DNA of 32,000 nucleotides, from assembly GCF_900095195.1 (NCBI RefSeq), contig NZ_LT606950.1:1087207-1119206 (forward strand), given 5' to 3'. This document shows positions 8,349 through 17,576 of this stretch, in pieces. Position 1 is the stretch's first letter, and every line of letters begins with the position of its first letter. Source of the DNA: Polynucleobacter necessarius (GTDB lineage Bacteria > Pseudomonadota > Gammaproteobacteria > Burkholderiales > Burkholderiaceae). The position numbers and the translations under genes were made by a program. A model generated the notes under the pieces. That model saw only the letters and a program-made list of their open reading frames with translations. It was not told where the DNA came from and searched no databases.

Positions 8349-9155
8349 TGATGGGTAGCGTGCATAAAATCGTCACTAGGCACGGCAATCAAATTGCTTT
8401 TACGATTGAAGGGATGGTCCCTGGCTCACGCTATCGCATTCTCTTGCCAGCAATATGGGCATGTGGAAGCCACAACTTCCACTACTGACAAAACAATTTA
8501 AGGTCTTACGGTTTGATACGCGCGGACATGGTCAAAGTTCAGCACCACCAGACCACTACACCTTAAATGATCTCGCCCAGGACGCATATGATCTTTTTCA
8601 GGAGTTGAAAATAGAGCGCACACATTGGTTGGGGCTCTCCATGAGCGGAATGATCGGGCAGACTTTAATTTTGAAACACCCCCATCTATTCGCCTCCCTT
8701 GTTCTAGCGGATACTACCAACAAACGCCCTGAAAATGCTCAGCAAATGTGGGGGGAAAGAATTGCTCAAGCAAAGGCTGGAGGAATGTTATCCATGATTG
8801 ATAGCACTCTTGCACAGTGGTTTAGCGATGATTTTCGCAAAGAGAATCCAACAATCTTCAAGAAATTTCGGAAGGTATTGCTAACACCCCTTTAAATGGC
8901 TTTTGTGGTTGCTGCGAGGCTATTTCACAGATCGATACATTAAATCGCCCCTCTGAAATTGTTTGTCCTACATTAATCTTGGTTGGAGAGTGCGATCATG
9001 GTACTCCGCCACAGATGTCACGAGCAATGAAAGAAAAAATGACCAATGCTCAGTTGCATGAAATCCCGAATGCAGGTCACATTTCTAATATAGAACAACC
9101 AGAGGTATTTCATCGCTATTTATTGAATTTTTATAGACAAAACAACTTTTTATAA
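8348..9155 (+). pseudogene. alpha/beta hydrolase (3-oxoadipate enol-lactonase-like), frameshifted
   Basis: Three frames join to give MMGSVHKIVTRHGNQIAFTIEG / GPWLTLSHSLASNMGMWKPQLPLL...RFDTRGHGQS...WLGLSMSGMIGQ / ...IANTPLNGF...CPTLILVGECDHGTPP...IPNAGHISNIEQPEVF. Frame changes lie near 8410 and 8870. Confidence 0.8.
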
Positions 9156-9209
9156 ACGAGTAAAATCATTCTGCGGTCAAAAATGCAGATTAATAATAGG
9201 AAATGAGAT

Positions 9210-9520
9210 ATGTCTACTTATACTGTTAAATGGTCGCGGAGTTTTTTATGTGGTTTGCTAAAAGTGGTAATTGGTCTCTGTATTTACAACAGCGCCACTG
9301 CCCAAACATCCTGCTCATACCCAGCTAAACCAATTAAATTAATAGCCCCTGTTGCTGCAGGGGGGGTCTGGATAATATAGCCCGGACCTTAGCCGAAAGG
9401 ATGTCGAAGTCACTAGGTCAATCCATTATTGTTGAAAATATTGGCGGTGGCTCAATTGCTTCGCAAGCGGTAGCAAAAGCCGCGCCTGATGGTTACACAT
9501 TACTGGTTGCCTATGTTGGG
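9210..9520 (+). pseudogene. Bug family substrate-binding protein, N-terminal fragment (left part of a gene split by inversion)
   Basis: MSTYTVKW...signal...YPAKPIKLIAPVAAGG, then a frame change in the G7 run at 9360-9366, then LDNIARTLAERMSKSLGQSIIVENIGGG...APDGYTLLVAYVG. Homology stops abruptly near 9520. Confidence 0.75.
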
Positions 9521-10453
9521 TGGACTCGCAGCTCGATACGTTCAACGTCTTCAGCCTTAACACCTTGAGCGCGCAATTGTGCGCAAGCGTCGATAGCAGG
9601 GTGAATGACAATTCCGCAGGCAAATGGCTTGTAGGTGTTTAGTGAAATTTCAAAAGACTGCCCTAGATTTCGATCAATTTCAGACCAGTCGTTTTTGGTA
9701 GACACGGTTTGCATGTAACCACGCCCAGCTTCGAGTGCTTTCGAGCTCGCAGTAAAACCATGTTTTGCCAGCAAGGCTGAGAGTTGACCGGCTCGAGCAG
9801 CGCCACCAGGGTGAAACGGCTTGGTCATGATGCCAAATTGTTCGCGCATACCTACTGGTTGTGATGCAGCAATACCTAACGCCATCAGCGTCTTCCGGGG
9901 GTCTAGCTCATCAAGCGCGAGCAAGCAGCTGCAGACCACAGCATGCCAGTTGAACCGGTAATGTGCCATCCTCGGTGATAGTGATCGGGGTACATCGCAT
10001 TACCAACATGGCAGGCTACATCAATACCTAACACTAAAGAGTCAATCAGTTGACGACCATTTGCATGGATATGCTCGCCTAGTGCCAGAATTGCAGATGC
10101 AACGGGGCCTGCTGGATGAATAACGGTTTTTAAATGGGTATCGTCGAAGTCAAAAGTGTGGGAGCTAATACCATTGATCAGAGCCGCTCCACCCATATCA
10201 ACCTTGTCTTTTCTTCCTAAAATGGTGGCTTGGGTCGCTGGTTGAAATTCCCGAATAGCGGCAAGCGAAGACTCAACACTTTCATGATTGGCTGCGCCAA
10301 TAGCACACCAAGCCAATTGAGAAACGTGCGATGTGCTTCATGCTCTACCTCGGGAGTCCATCCTTGGCTTGGATGAGTGGCGACAAAATCGGCCAACAAT
10401 TTGGTAACCGGTGGGGCATTTAGATCAGCCGCCGCTGCTATTGCATTAGACAT
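9511..10453 (-). pseudogene. MmgE/PrpD family protein, N-terminal ~314 codons (inverted part), frameshifted
   Basis: SD GGAG precedes the ATG at 10453. Fragments 10217-10453, 9903-10316 and 9511-9969 join as ...HRTFLNWLG/CAIGAANHES...SHTFDFDDTHL..IHPAGPV...GWHITGSTGML/...ALGIAASQ..GMREQFG.MTKPFHPG.AAR...ERIELRVHP. Frame changes lie near 10310 and 9940. Confidence 0.85.
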
Positions 10454-10482
10454 TCAAGCTCCGTTCACAGATAAGTTTTTTA

Positions 10483-10776
10483 TTAATGATGTTGTTCTGA
10501 ATTAGTCATTTCAATATTTCTATCTTTAGCAATTTTTGCCCAGCGAGCAATATCCTCCTTAATGTAATTACCGAATTGCTGCGGAGTCATTGGCATTAAT
10601 GTCATTGCTTCGCTGGTCATCTTCTCAGAAAATTCTGGGGTAGCTAGCGCTTTATTCAATTCAACATTTAATTTATTGACGATTGGCTCTGGTAGATTGG
10701 CGGGCCCAACAATGCCATACCATTGCTGACCCTCAAAGCCGTTATAACCAAGCTCTTTAAAAGTAGGAATGTTTGG
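10483..10776 (-). pseudogene. Bug family substrate-binding protein, C-terminal fragment (inverted part)
   Basis: The minus strand reads (L)PNIPTFKELGYNGFEGQQWYGIVGPANLPEPIVNKLNVELNKALATPEFSEKMTSEAMTLMPMTPQQFGNYIKEDIARWAKIAKDRNIEM...* with its stop at 10483-10485. No N-terminal part lies upstream on this strand. Confidence 0.75.
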
Positions 10777-11116
10777 TCAAGCTGGCGAAAGCGAATACAC
10801 AGATGAGATCGTCAATCGTCCCGATGTTGTGGCATTACGAGCCAAGGTGAATGCCACAACAGATACTTCAATCAGCGAAGCCTCGGTCGATGTACGAGTT
10901 TCTCTTAAGAACGGCAAAGAAGTTCATGTATTTGTTAAAAATGCCATTGGCTCCCTAGAGAATCCAATGCGCGATGAAAATCTTGAACATAAGTTCGCAA
11001 GCCTAACTGAGCCAATCATCGGTAAAGAAAAAACACGCCAACTACTTTCCGCCTTATGGAAACTGGGACAAGCAAACGATCTGAAGCAAATTATTGCGTT
11101 GTCTACTCCTGACTAA
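10769..11116 (+). pseudogene. MmgE/PrpD family protein, C-terminal 115 codons (non-inverted part)
   Basis: (M)FGQAGESEYTDEIVNRPDVVALRAKVNATTD...SLENPMRDENLEHKF... looks like the C-terminal domain of the PrpD family. It is on the opposite strand to the N-terminal part. Confidence 0.8.
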
Positions 11117-11135
11117 TATTGAAAGGTTTTCAGTA

Positions 11136-12112
11136 ATGTCCTCTTTACAAAACATTGTTACTCTCGGAGACTATGAACGCGCCTTAAGACGATTTTCCAA
11201 TTGGGATGTGTTGGATAAAAAATCAAATATCACAATTCATCATGAGCCGTTACGCGATGAAGCCCTGTACGAGGCAGCAAAAGATGCAGATGCTATAGCA
11301 ATAATACGAGATCGATCTCCATTCAATGAGGCCATGATTGCTCGTCTTCCAAAACTCAAATTTTTAATGTTTACTGGGGGCGTAATGGCACGCCGGACGC
11401 TGGCGCACTAATAAAGCGAAATATTCCCATTGCATGTACGCCAGGGGGACCTTCAAAAGAAACGACCGCGGAACTGACGCTGACTCTGATATTGGCATCT
11501 GCAAAGCGCTTGGTAGAGCAAAATGCTTTAATGGCAGAAGGTGGATGGCGGGATCAGCTCTCTGTATTGCCAATGCTTTCTGGCGAACGCCTCGGTATTA
11601 TGGGTCTTGGAGCGATTGGTAGTCGCGTCGCACGTGTTGGATTGGCCTTTGGCATGGAAGTTGTTGCTTGGAGCCCACGCATGACGCCCGAACGCGCAGC
11701 TGCTGAAAATGTAAAGGCAGTGAGCCTTGATGAACTCCTGTCAACTTCTAAAATCATCTCAATGCATCTCGTTGCAGGACCAGGAACCAAAGGATTAATT
11801 AGTGCAGATCAAATGTCACGGATGCGTCCCGACTCAATCCTTGTCAATACATCTAGATCCGCTTTAATCAATATGCAAGATTTACAAGCAGCTCTTGCCT
11901 TGGGTTGCCCAAATCAAGCCGCGATTGATGTATTCGATATAGAACCATTGCCAACACAAGATGCTCTTCGGAAAATGCCAAACCTTTTAGCAACACCACA
12001 CCTTGGTTTCATTGCTGAGCCTATATTTAAAATCTTTTCAGAGGGCATTACTAAAACCCTATCTGCATGGTTAGACAATCAGCCAGTCTCCCATCCATTC
12101 AAACCGACATAA
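11136..12112 (+). pseudogene. D-isomer-specific 2-hydroxyacid dehydrogenase, single frameshift
   Basis: MSSLQNIVTLGD...KLKFLMFTGG changes frame to RNGT.DAGALIKRNIPIACTPGGPSKETTAELTLTLILA...GIMGLGAIGSRVA...PHLGF. The shift is in the G5 run at 11376-11380; a G6 run would read TGGRNG in frame. Confidence 0.85.
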
Positions 12113-12119
12113 TCATTTT

Positions 12120-12659
12120 TTGAAAAAACTCACCCCACTTCAACTCTTTATTTGCTTTAGCAAGATAGGTCTCTCTGGATTTGGCGGAGTTCTACCTTGG
12201 GCTCGCAGAGGTTTAGTCGAGAAAGATAAACTACTTACATCCGAGGAATTCAGCGCCATCCTTGGTGTGTGTCAAATAATGCCTGGGCCCAATGTGATTA
12301 ATATCGGGGTTTGTGTTGGGTCGCGCTTTTGTGATGCAAAAGGTGCTATTGCTGCTGTAGCAGGCTTAACCACTGGCCCGATTTTTATTGTTATTTTATT
12401 GGCAATTTTGTATGACCACTACGGATACCTTGACTATATCCAAGGAGCCCTCAAAGGAATTGCTGCAGTAGGTGTTGGCCTGATTGCTAGTACCGGATTC
12501 AAAATGCTTCGAGATGAGTTTCGTTACCCGCCAATGTTTTTTGTAATCGGCATCACGTTAATTGCCGGCATTTATTTTGACTTAGCACTAGGTTTGGTAG
12601 CGCTCTTAGTTGCCCCCTTTGCCTACTATTTTGCTAGAAGAAAAGCGCGCAAGTTATGA
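12120..12659 (+). CDS. chrA: chromate transporter (CHR family, short form), first half-protein; start codon uncertain (TTG)
   Basis: The 179-aa ORF reads ...FSKIGLSGFGGVLPWARRGLVEKDKLLTSEEF...CQIMPGPNVINI. No ATG or clear SD is present. Its stop overlaps the next ATG as ATGA at 12656-12659. Confidence 0.7.
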   Translation: MKKLTPLQLFICFSKIGLSGFGGVLPWARRGLVEKDKLLTSEEFSAILGVCQIMPGPNVINIGVCVGSRFCDAKGAIAAVAGLTTGPIFIVILLAILYDHYGYLDYIQGALKGIAAVGVGLIASTGFKMLRDEFRYPPMFFVIGITLIAGIYFDLALGLVALLVAPFAYYFARRKARKL

Positions 12660-13107
12660 CGCTATTACTTAGCCTATTCATCAAGCTTTCACTATTTTCA
12701 TCGTCGCGTTTGGCGGAATTATTGCAGTTCTGCCATCCCTTCTTGATCTCGCCGTAAATCAAGAACACTGGATTGATTCAGCCACTTTCGCAGATTATTT
12801 TGCTATTGCGCAAGCTGCACCAGGACCCAATTTCATGACAGTCACTCTAGTCGGCTGGCATGTTTATGGGTTAGCAGGAGCCATTCTAGCCTCCATCGCA
12901 ATATGCTGGCCTCCCTCAGTGAGGGTTTTATTTCTTGAGCGCTACATCACGAAAATTCAAGACCACGAGAAGAAAAAAATTATTCAATACGCAGCTGCGG
13001 CTCTAGCTATTGGCTTAGTGCTTACCTCATCCTGGAAGCTTACTGTTGGTTTTAATGATCATTGGACTGCAATTGTATTAACAATTTTTGTCGCAGTCGT
13101 TACGTAA
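12656..13107 (+). pseudogene. chrA: chromate transporter (CHR family) second half-protein, frameshifted near its 5' end
   Basis: ATG at 12656 gives MTLLLSLFIK. The frame then changes near 12686 to FTIFIVAFGGIIAVLPSLLDLAV...AIAQAAPGPNFMTVTLVGW... Confidence 0.7.
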
Positions 13108-13135
13108 TTTTCCAAGATACACCCGCTCTACCTGA

Positions 13136-13152
13136 TAGCGCTCGGAGCGCTA
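13136..13152. terminator. possible hairpin between convergent chrA and tctA remnants
   Basis: TAGCGC-TCGGA-GCGCTA, a 6-bp stem with a 5-nt loop. There is no flanking T-tract, so support is weak. Confidence 0.25.
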
Positions 13153-13172
13153 ATCAGAGGCGCAGGCTTAAT

Positions 13173-14660
13173 CTAAACAGCTGCTTTGCGAGATCTCACT
13201 AGGCGTAAAACATTTGGGATAACCAGCAAAGCAATTGCAATCACCATCAATGTGCCCGATATTGGTCGCGTAAAAAATGTGGACCAATTTCCCTGACTGA
13301 TCGTTAGGGCTTGTCGCATAGACTGCTCTGCCATTGGACCCAAGATTAACCCGATAATCATCGGCGCAGCGGGAAAATCAAAACGTCGCATGCCAAAGAA
13401 ATCCGAAGAAAAATAAAAGTCCAACATCGAATACAGAATTAGGGGATCCGTAAACCCCAGCTACTGAGATCACAACGATGCCAGCATAGAGCCATTGAGG
13501 AGGTATCTTTAATAACTTTACCCAAAGTCCAACTAGCGGCAAATTAAGAACCAACAAAATGATATTGCCGATATATAAACTAGCAATCAAAGTCCAAACC
13601 GCTTTGCTGTGCAAACAGTGTAGGACCAACCTGAATACCATAGGATTCAAAGGCGGATAGGATAATCGCTGCTGTTGCCGATGTGGGAATACCCAAAGCC
13701 AGCAAAGGCATAGGCACTCCTACCGCGGAAGCATTGTTAGCCGCCTCAGGACCTGCGACTCTCTCTATGGCACCCTTACCAAACTCTTCTGGCTTTTTGG
13801 ATAATTTCTTTCCCGTAAAGTACGAGAGCAATGTGGGTAACTCTGCGCCGCCAGCAGGCATTGCACCAATCGGAAAGCCTAATAAACCTCCCCGAATCAT
13901 GCTTTCCAGGGTCTGGAAAAATCTTCTTTAGACAGCCACAGGCTGTCCGATACTGCAAGCATCTCTGATTTCTTATTTTCCTTGCCTTGCAAGCTAGATA
14001 TAAGGCCTCACCAATTGCAAAAAGCCCCACCGCAACAATTGTTACCTCAATACCATCCAAAAATTCAGGTTGGCCAAATGTAAAACGGGGCTGTCCAGTT
14101 TGCAAATCAATGGCGATGAGTCCAAATAATAAACCTTGCTACTAATCTGATGAGACCTCGCAGAGCAGAACTTCCTAAAACGGCAGATACTGTAACCAAA
14201 GCAGAATCATGAGACTGAAATACTCTGCAGGCCCGAAAGCGAGTGCTGCATCAACTACCCAGGGAGCGAAAAACGTCAAAGCGATCGTGCCAATTGTTCC
14301 GGCTACAAAACGTCCAATTGCAGCCGTTGCTAGCGCAGACCCTGCCCTACCGCGACGTGCCATCTTATTTCCTTCAAGCGAAGTCACAATCGTTGCTGAT
14401 TCACCCGGTGTATTTAAAAGAATAGAAGTCGTTGAGCCACCATACATTGCGCCGTAATAAATTCCGGCAAATAAAACAAAATAGCGGTTGCAGGAACCTT
14501 AAATGTTAATGGAAGCAATAATGCAATCGTCAGCGCCGGTCCAATGCCCGGCAATACGCCCACTAAGGTACCAACCAAGCAACCTAAGAACCCATAACAT
14601 TAAGGTCATAGGTTCCAAAGCAACAGCAAACCCCTGCATGAGGGAGTCAAATGAGCTCAT
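13173..14660 (-). pseudogene. tctA: tripartite tricarboxylate transporter large permease TctA, heavily fragmented
   Basis: The start reads [22 protein letters not shown] (ATG at 14660). The continuation [26 protein letters not shown], then ...[16 protein letters not shown]..., and the fragments 13776-14105, 13580-13900, 13378-13650 and 13173-13427 all lie in shifting frames. I count at least six frame changes. Confidence 0.85.
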
Positions 14661-15136
14661 AACTGTCTTTGCTTCAAAACTAAAACTGATTAATCGCCCC
14701 AAATCCACACCAAGGAGCACTGAGAATAAAGTCCAAAAAGCACCTGCGATACCCAGCACCATCAACATAGTTTTGATATTGAGCTTTGCATCAAAAGCCA
14801 TTGATACACCCAAACCACACAATGTCGCGGGCATTAAAAAACCAATTACTTTTGCGAGAAAGATAAAAACAAATCCACCACCAAAAGATATATCACGCGC
14901 ATTGAACCGCCTGGAAGTGGCCGCCCCTCTTCCTCATGTACACAGTCAGGCGCTTTATTCGTAATAGCGCTCAACAAATAAAAAACGCCTAATAAGGAAA
15001 GGAGTGCAACCAAAATTGACGGGGCTAATACTGGCCCTACCTCGGAGTACATCGTAGACTCAGGAATGCTAAGAACTTGCCAAATTGCCACGCCACAAAA
15101 CACCAGTAGAAAACTGGCCACCAGACGTGTACTCAT
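14661..15136 (-). pseudogene. tctB: tripartite tricarboxylate transporter small permease TctB, frameshifted; 3' end unclear
   Basis: MSTRLVASFLLVFCGVAIWQVLSIPES... (14846-15136) continues in another frame as ...FLMPATLCGLGVSMAFDAKLNIKTMLMVLGIAGAFWTLF.... That frame runs without a stop into the tctA start. The ATG overlaps the tctC stop as ATGA at 15133-15136. Confidence 0.6.
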
Positions 15137-16111
15137 GCCAAACCTAACTCTTTGAGGACGGTTTCGGTTTCAGAAATGTACTTCTTAAGCTGCGCATCAA
15201 ATGCAGTTCCCGATGCAAAAGCATCAATCCATTTTCTCTTTTCAAGCGTCTCTGCCCAACCCTTAGTGGCATAAATTTTTGTTGCGAGATCAATCAAGGC
15301 TGTCTTTTGGGCGGCATTAATGCCAGGCGCCCAAAAATACCGCGCCAATTTGCTGCAGTGACATTGACTCCGAGCTCCTTTAGGGTGGGCACATCTACGC
15401 CCGGAATTCTTTTACTACTCGAAACCGCTAGGGCCTTCATTTTCCCCGCCTTGATTTGCTCCGCAAACTCAGAATACCCTGAGATTCCAGAAACCACTTG
15501 TCCGCCTAAAATTGCGGCATTTGCGGGGCCCCCGCCTGCAAAAACAACATATGCCGCATCCAGCGGATTCTTACCAAGCGCTTTAATGATTAAACCCAAA
15601 AGTTGATGATCTATACCGCCTGCGCTGCCACCTGCTACCGAGACTGATTTTGGGTTTGCTTTAATAGCCTCTTCAAATTCTTTCCAAGTTTTGATCTTGC
15701 CGTCAGTAGGAGCCACAATGATTCCGGCCTCCTCAGTCAAACAAGCAATGGGAGTAACATCAGACATAGTTACTGGACTTTTATTGGTGATTGCTGCACC
15801 AACCATTACAAAACCGCCAACCATCAATGCATTAGCTTGCCCTTTACGTTGATTAACAAAACGGGGGAGCCCCACCATTCCACCAGCGCCACCAACATTT
15901 TCAAATTGAAATGACCCGACTAGACCGGCGTCTTTAGCAACTACTTCAATTGCCCTACCCGTGGTGTCCCAGCCACCTCCTGGAGCAGCAGGAATAAACA
16001 TATTAATAGATTCAAACAGCGGTTTATTTTGAGCAAGGGCAAAGGAGGGGATTGTATTTACTAATGTAAATTTGAACCATAAACCAAAAATTCTCTGCGT
16101 GTTGTCTTCAT
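15133..16111 (-). pseudogene. tctC: tripartite tricarboxylate transporter substrate-binding protein TctC, frameshifted
   Basis: ATG at 16111 gives MKTTRREFLVYGS. The frame changes near 16060 to FTLVNTIPSFALAQ...FIPAAPGGGWDTTGRAIE...SVAGGSAGGIDHQLLG.... A second change near 15320 leads to ...YFWAPGINAAQK...ETVLKELGLA*. Confidence 0.85.
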
Positions 16112-16204
16112 TTTTGTCTCCAAATTGACTTAGATTGCGAATCTAAATTCATATTAATTTAGTTTTCTAGAACTATACCTAAATTTAAGCTTAAGTAGCA
16201 TTGA

Positions 16205-16618
16205 TTTAGCGTAACGACTGAAAAGTCCAAATACCGAGGACTCGGAGCGCTTCTACGCGCATTTTTCAATAGCCAGTCTGCCAACGTAGTTTCGATTATT
16301 CCTTTGGGCACGTTACTTTCAAATATGGTGGGCGGGTTATCTCATCGGTATCGCACTGGCTTTTTTTGGGGCAATCCAAATCTCTCACCGGAATGGAAAT
16401 TGTTTGTCATTACAGGATTTTTAGGTGGCTTAACCACGTTTTCAAGTTTTTCCGCAGAAGTCGTCTCATTCGTCCAGCGTGGAGAGTTAGGGTGGGCTAT
16501 TGGAACGGCGCTACTCCATTTGGAGGGATCTGTTGTTCTTACCATGCTCGGCCAAAGAAAATTGCAAGAATGGAACCCCACATTAACTTTGCCTCCTTTA
16601 TTGAATAGTAAAGCCTAG
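16205..16618 (+). pseudogene. crcB: fluoride channel CrcB with missing N-terminus/start and an internal out-of-frame patch
   Basis: ...RGLGALLR...IPLGTLLSNMVGG...PEWKLFVITGFLGGLTTFSSFSAEVV...GWA resembles CrcB. The frame opens only after TGA at 16202-16204, and no start codon precedes the first transmembrane segment. At 16338-16370 the frame reads SHRYRTGFF where the +1 frame reads the expected LIGIALAFF. Confidence 0.7.
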
Positions 16619-17379
16619 CATGCTAATTGAGCCCATCTCAATGCCATCTACGAAAACATTTGCAACCTCGCCCTCTTGTCTTAACGCCATTGCGTATAGA
16701 GCTGGCCAATAGTGCTCAGCAGTTGATATGGATAAATGGGCAGCTTCACCGTAACTACCATAATCAATCAGCGCATCGTATGCATTAGATTAAAGATTGT
16801 TAGCAAAGTAATTATTGGAGTCGACCGCCCACGGGTAAGGTGTGGAATCATCTCGCCAGTCAATAAGACGTAAATTGTGCATCACATTACCACTGGCGAG
16901 AATCAATATATTCTCATCACGCAAGGGCCTTAATTGTTTTGCAAGCTCGAAATGTTCTCTCGCTGTCTTTGGGCTGTCGAGACTTAATTGCACAACAGGC
17001 ACATCCGCATTGGGATAAAGGTATTTCAGAATTGACCATGCGCCATGATCAATACCCCATTCATTCTCCTCAAGAACAACCGGTACACCGAGTAACTCTT
17101 GAATACGATCCGCTAGCGCGGGACTTCCCGGCGCAGGGTATTGAATATCAAACAAAGCTTGAGGGAAGCCACCAAAGTCATGAATTGTTTTGGGGTTCGT
17201 CATCGCAGTAACCCAAGTCCCACGAGTCACCCAATGCGCAGAAATCGCCAAAATAGCATCAGGTCGCTGAAGTGATTCTCCAAGAGGGCTCCACAAGCCG
17301 CAGTAAAACAGTTGGGCTCTATGGCATACATCGGACTGCCATGGCCAGCAAATATTGCAGGTTGGCGATGGCGAGCCAT
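16598..17379 (-). pseudogene. ygiD: 4,5-DOPA dioxygenase extradiol (class III extradiol dioxygenase, YgiD-like), frameshift plus in-frame stop
   Basis: ATG at 17379 gives MARHRQPAIFAGHGSPMYAIEPN. The frame changes near 17300 to ...PDAILAISAHW...IHDFGGFP...YPAPG...GIDHGAWS...LASGNVMHNL.... An in-frame TAA lies at 16790-16792. The same frame then continues SNAYDALIDYGSYGEAAHLSISTAEHYWPALYAM...SISMLGFTIQ* and ends at 16598. Confidence 0.8.
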
Positions 17380-17388
17380 TAAAACAAA

Positions 17389-17526
17389 TTAGCCAAAAAC
17401 GTAACCAGTGTGAGCAGCCACCAATGCAAACAAAATTGCCAAACTTGTTGCAGCACCCAATATGACGATCAAGGTAATGATCTTCTTATTGATTTCCTCT
17501 TTAGATTCGTTATGCCATTCGTTCAT
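17389..17526 (-). CDS. hypothetical 45-aa single-pass membrane peptide (below the ORF-track cutoff)
   Basis: MNEWHNESKEEINKKIITLIVILGAATSLAILFALVAAHTGYVFG*. The SD-like AGAGGA lies 7 nt upstream of the ATG at 17526, and the stop lies 10 bp upstream of the ygiD start. The prediction rests only on the ORF, the SD and the hydrophobic helix. Confidence 0.35.
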   Translation of the reverse strand: MNEWHNESKEEINKKIITLIVILGAATSLAILFALVAAHTGYVFG

Positions 17527-17576
17527 GCTAAATCCTCTTTAAACACGTTCAGATTAATAATGGCCATGATTATCCA

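Noticed and set aside
9513-9521. Similarity of the two inversion-junction sequences (ATGTTGGGT at the left, ATGTTTGGT at the right) as a site-specific recombination motif
   Set aside because: They are in direct rather than inverted orientation. The left junction is better explained as a secondary deletion scar. Only the right-junction 8-bp inverted microhomology is mechanistically meaningful.
14503-14964. Long antisense ORFs in the track, for example 14503-14964 (153 aa), 24154-24594 (146 aa), 28514-28921 (135 aa), 5426-5737, 3285-3563, 2780-3052, 31262-31519
   Set aside because: Each lies fully inside a well-supported gene or pseudogene on the other strand. They have low-complexity or Ser/Arg/Pro-rich composition typical of antisense frames, with no SD or recognisable motif.
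16112-16240. A fluoride riboswitch upstream of crcB, and AT-rich inverted repeats (TTAGATT-GCG-AATCTAA at 16130-16146, CTAAATT-N6-AATTTAG just after, TTAAGCTTAA)
   Set aside because: I cannot recognise the conserved fluoride-riboswitch core. The crcB N-terminus itself is missing. Inverted repeats of 7 bp are expected by chance in such AT-rich spacer. They may be relics of the tctC promoter, but that cannot be supported.
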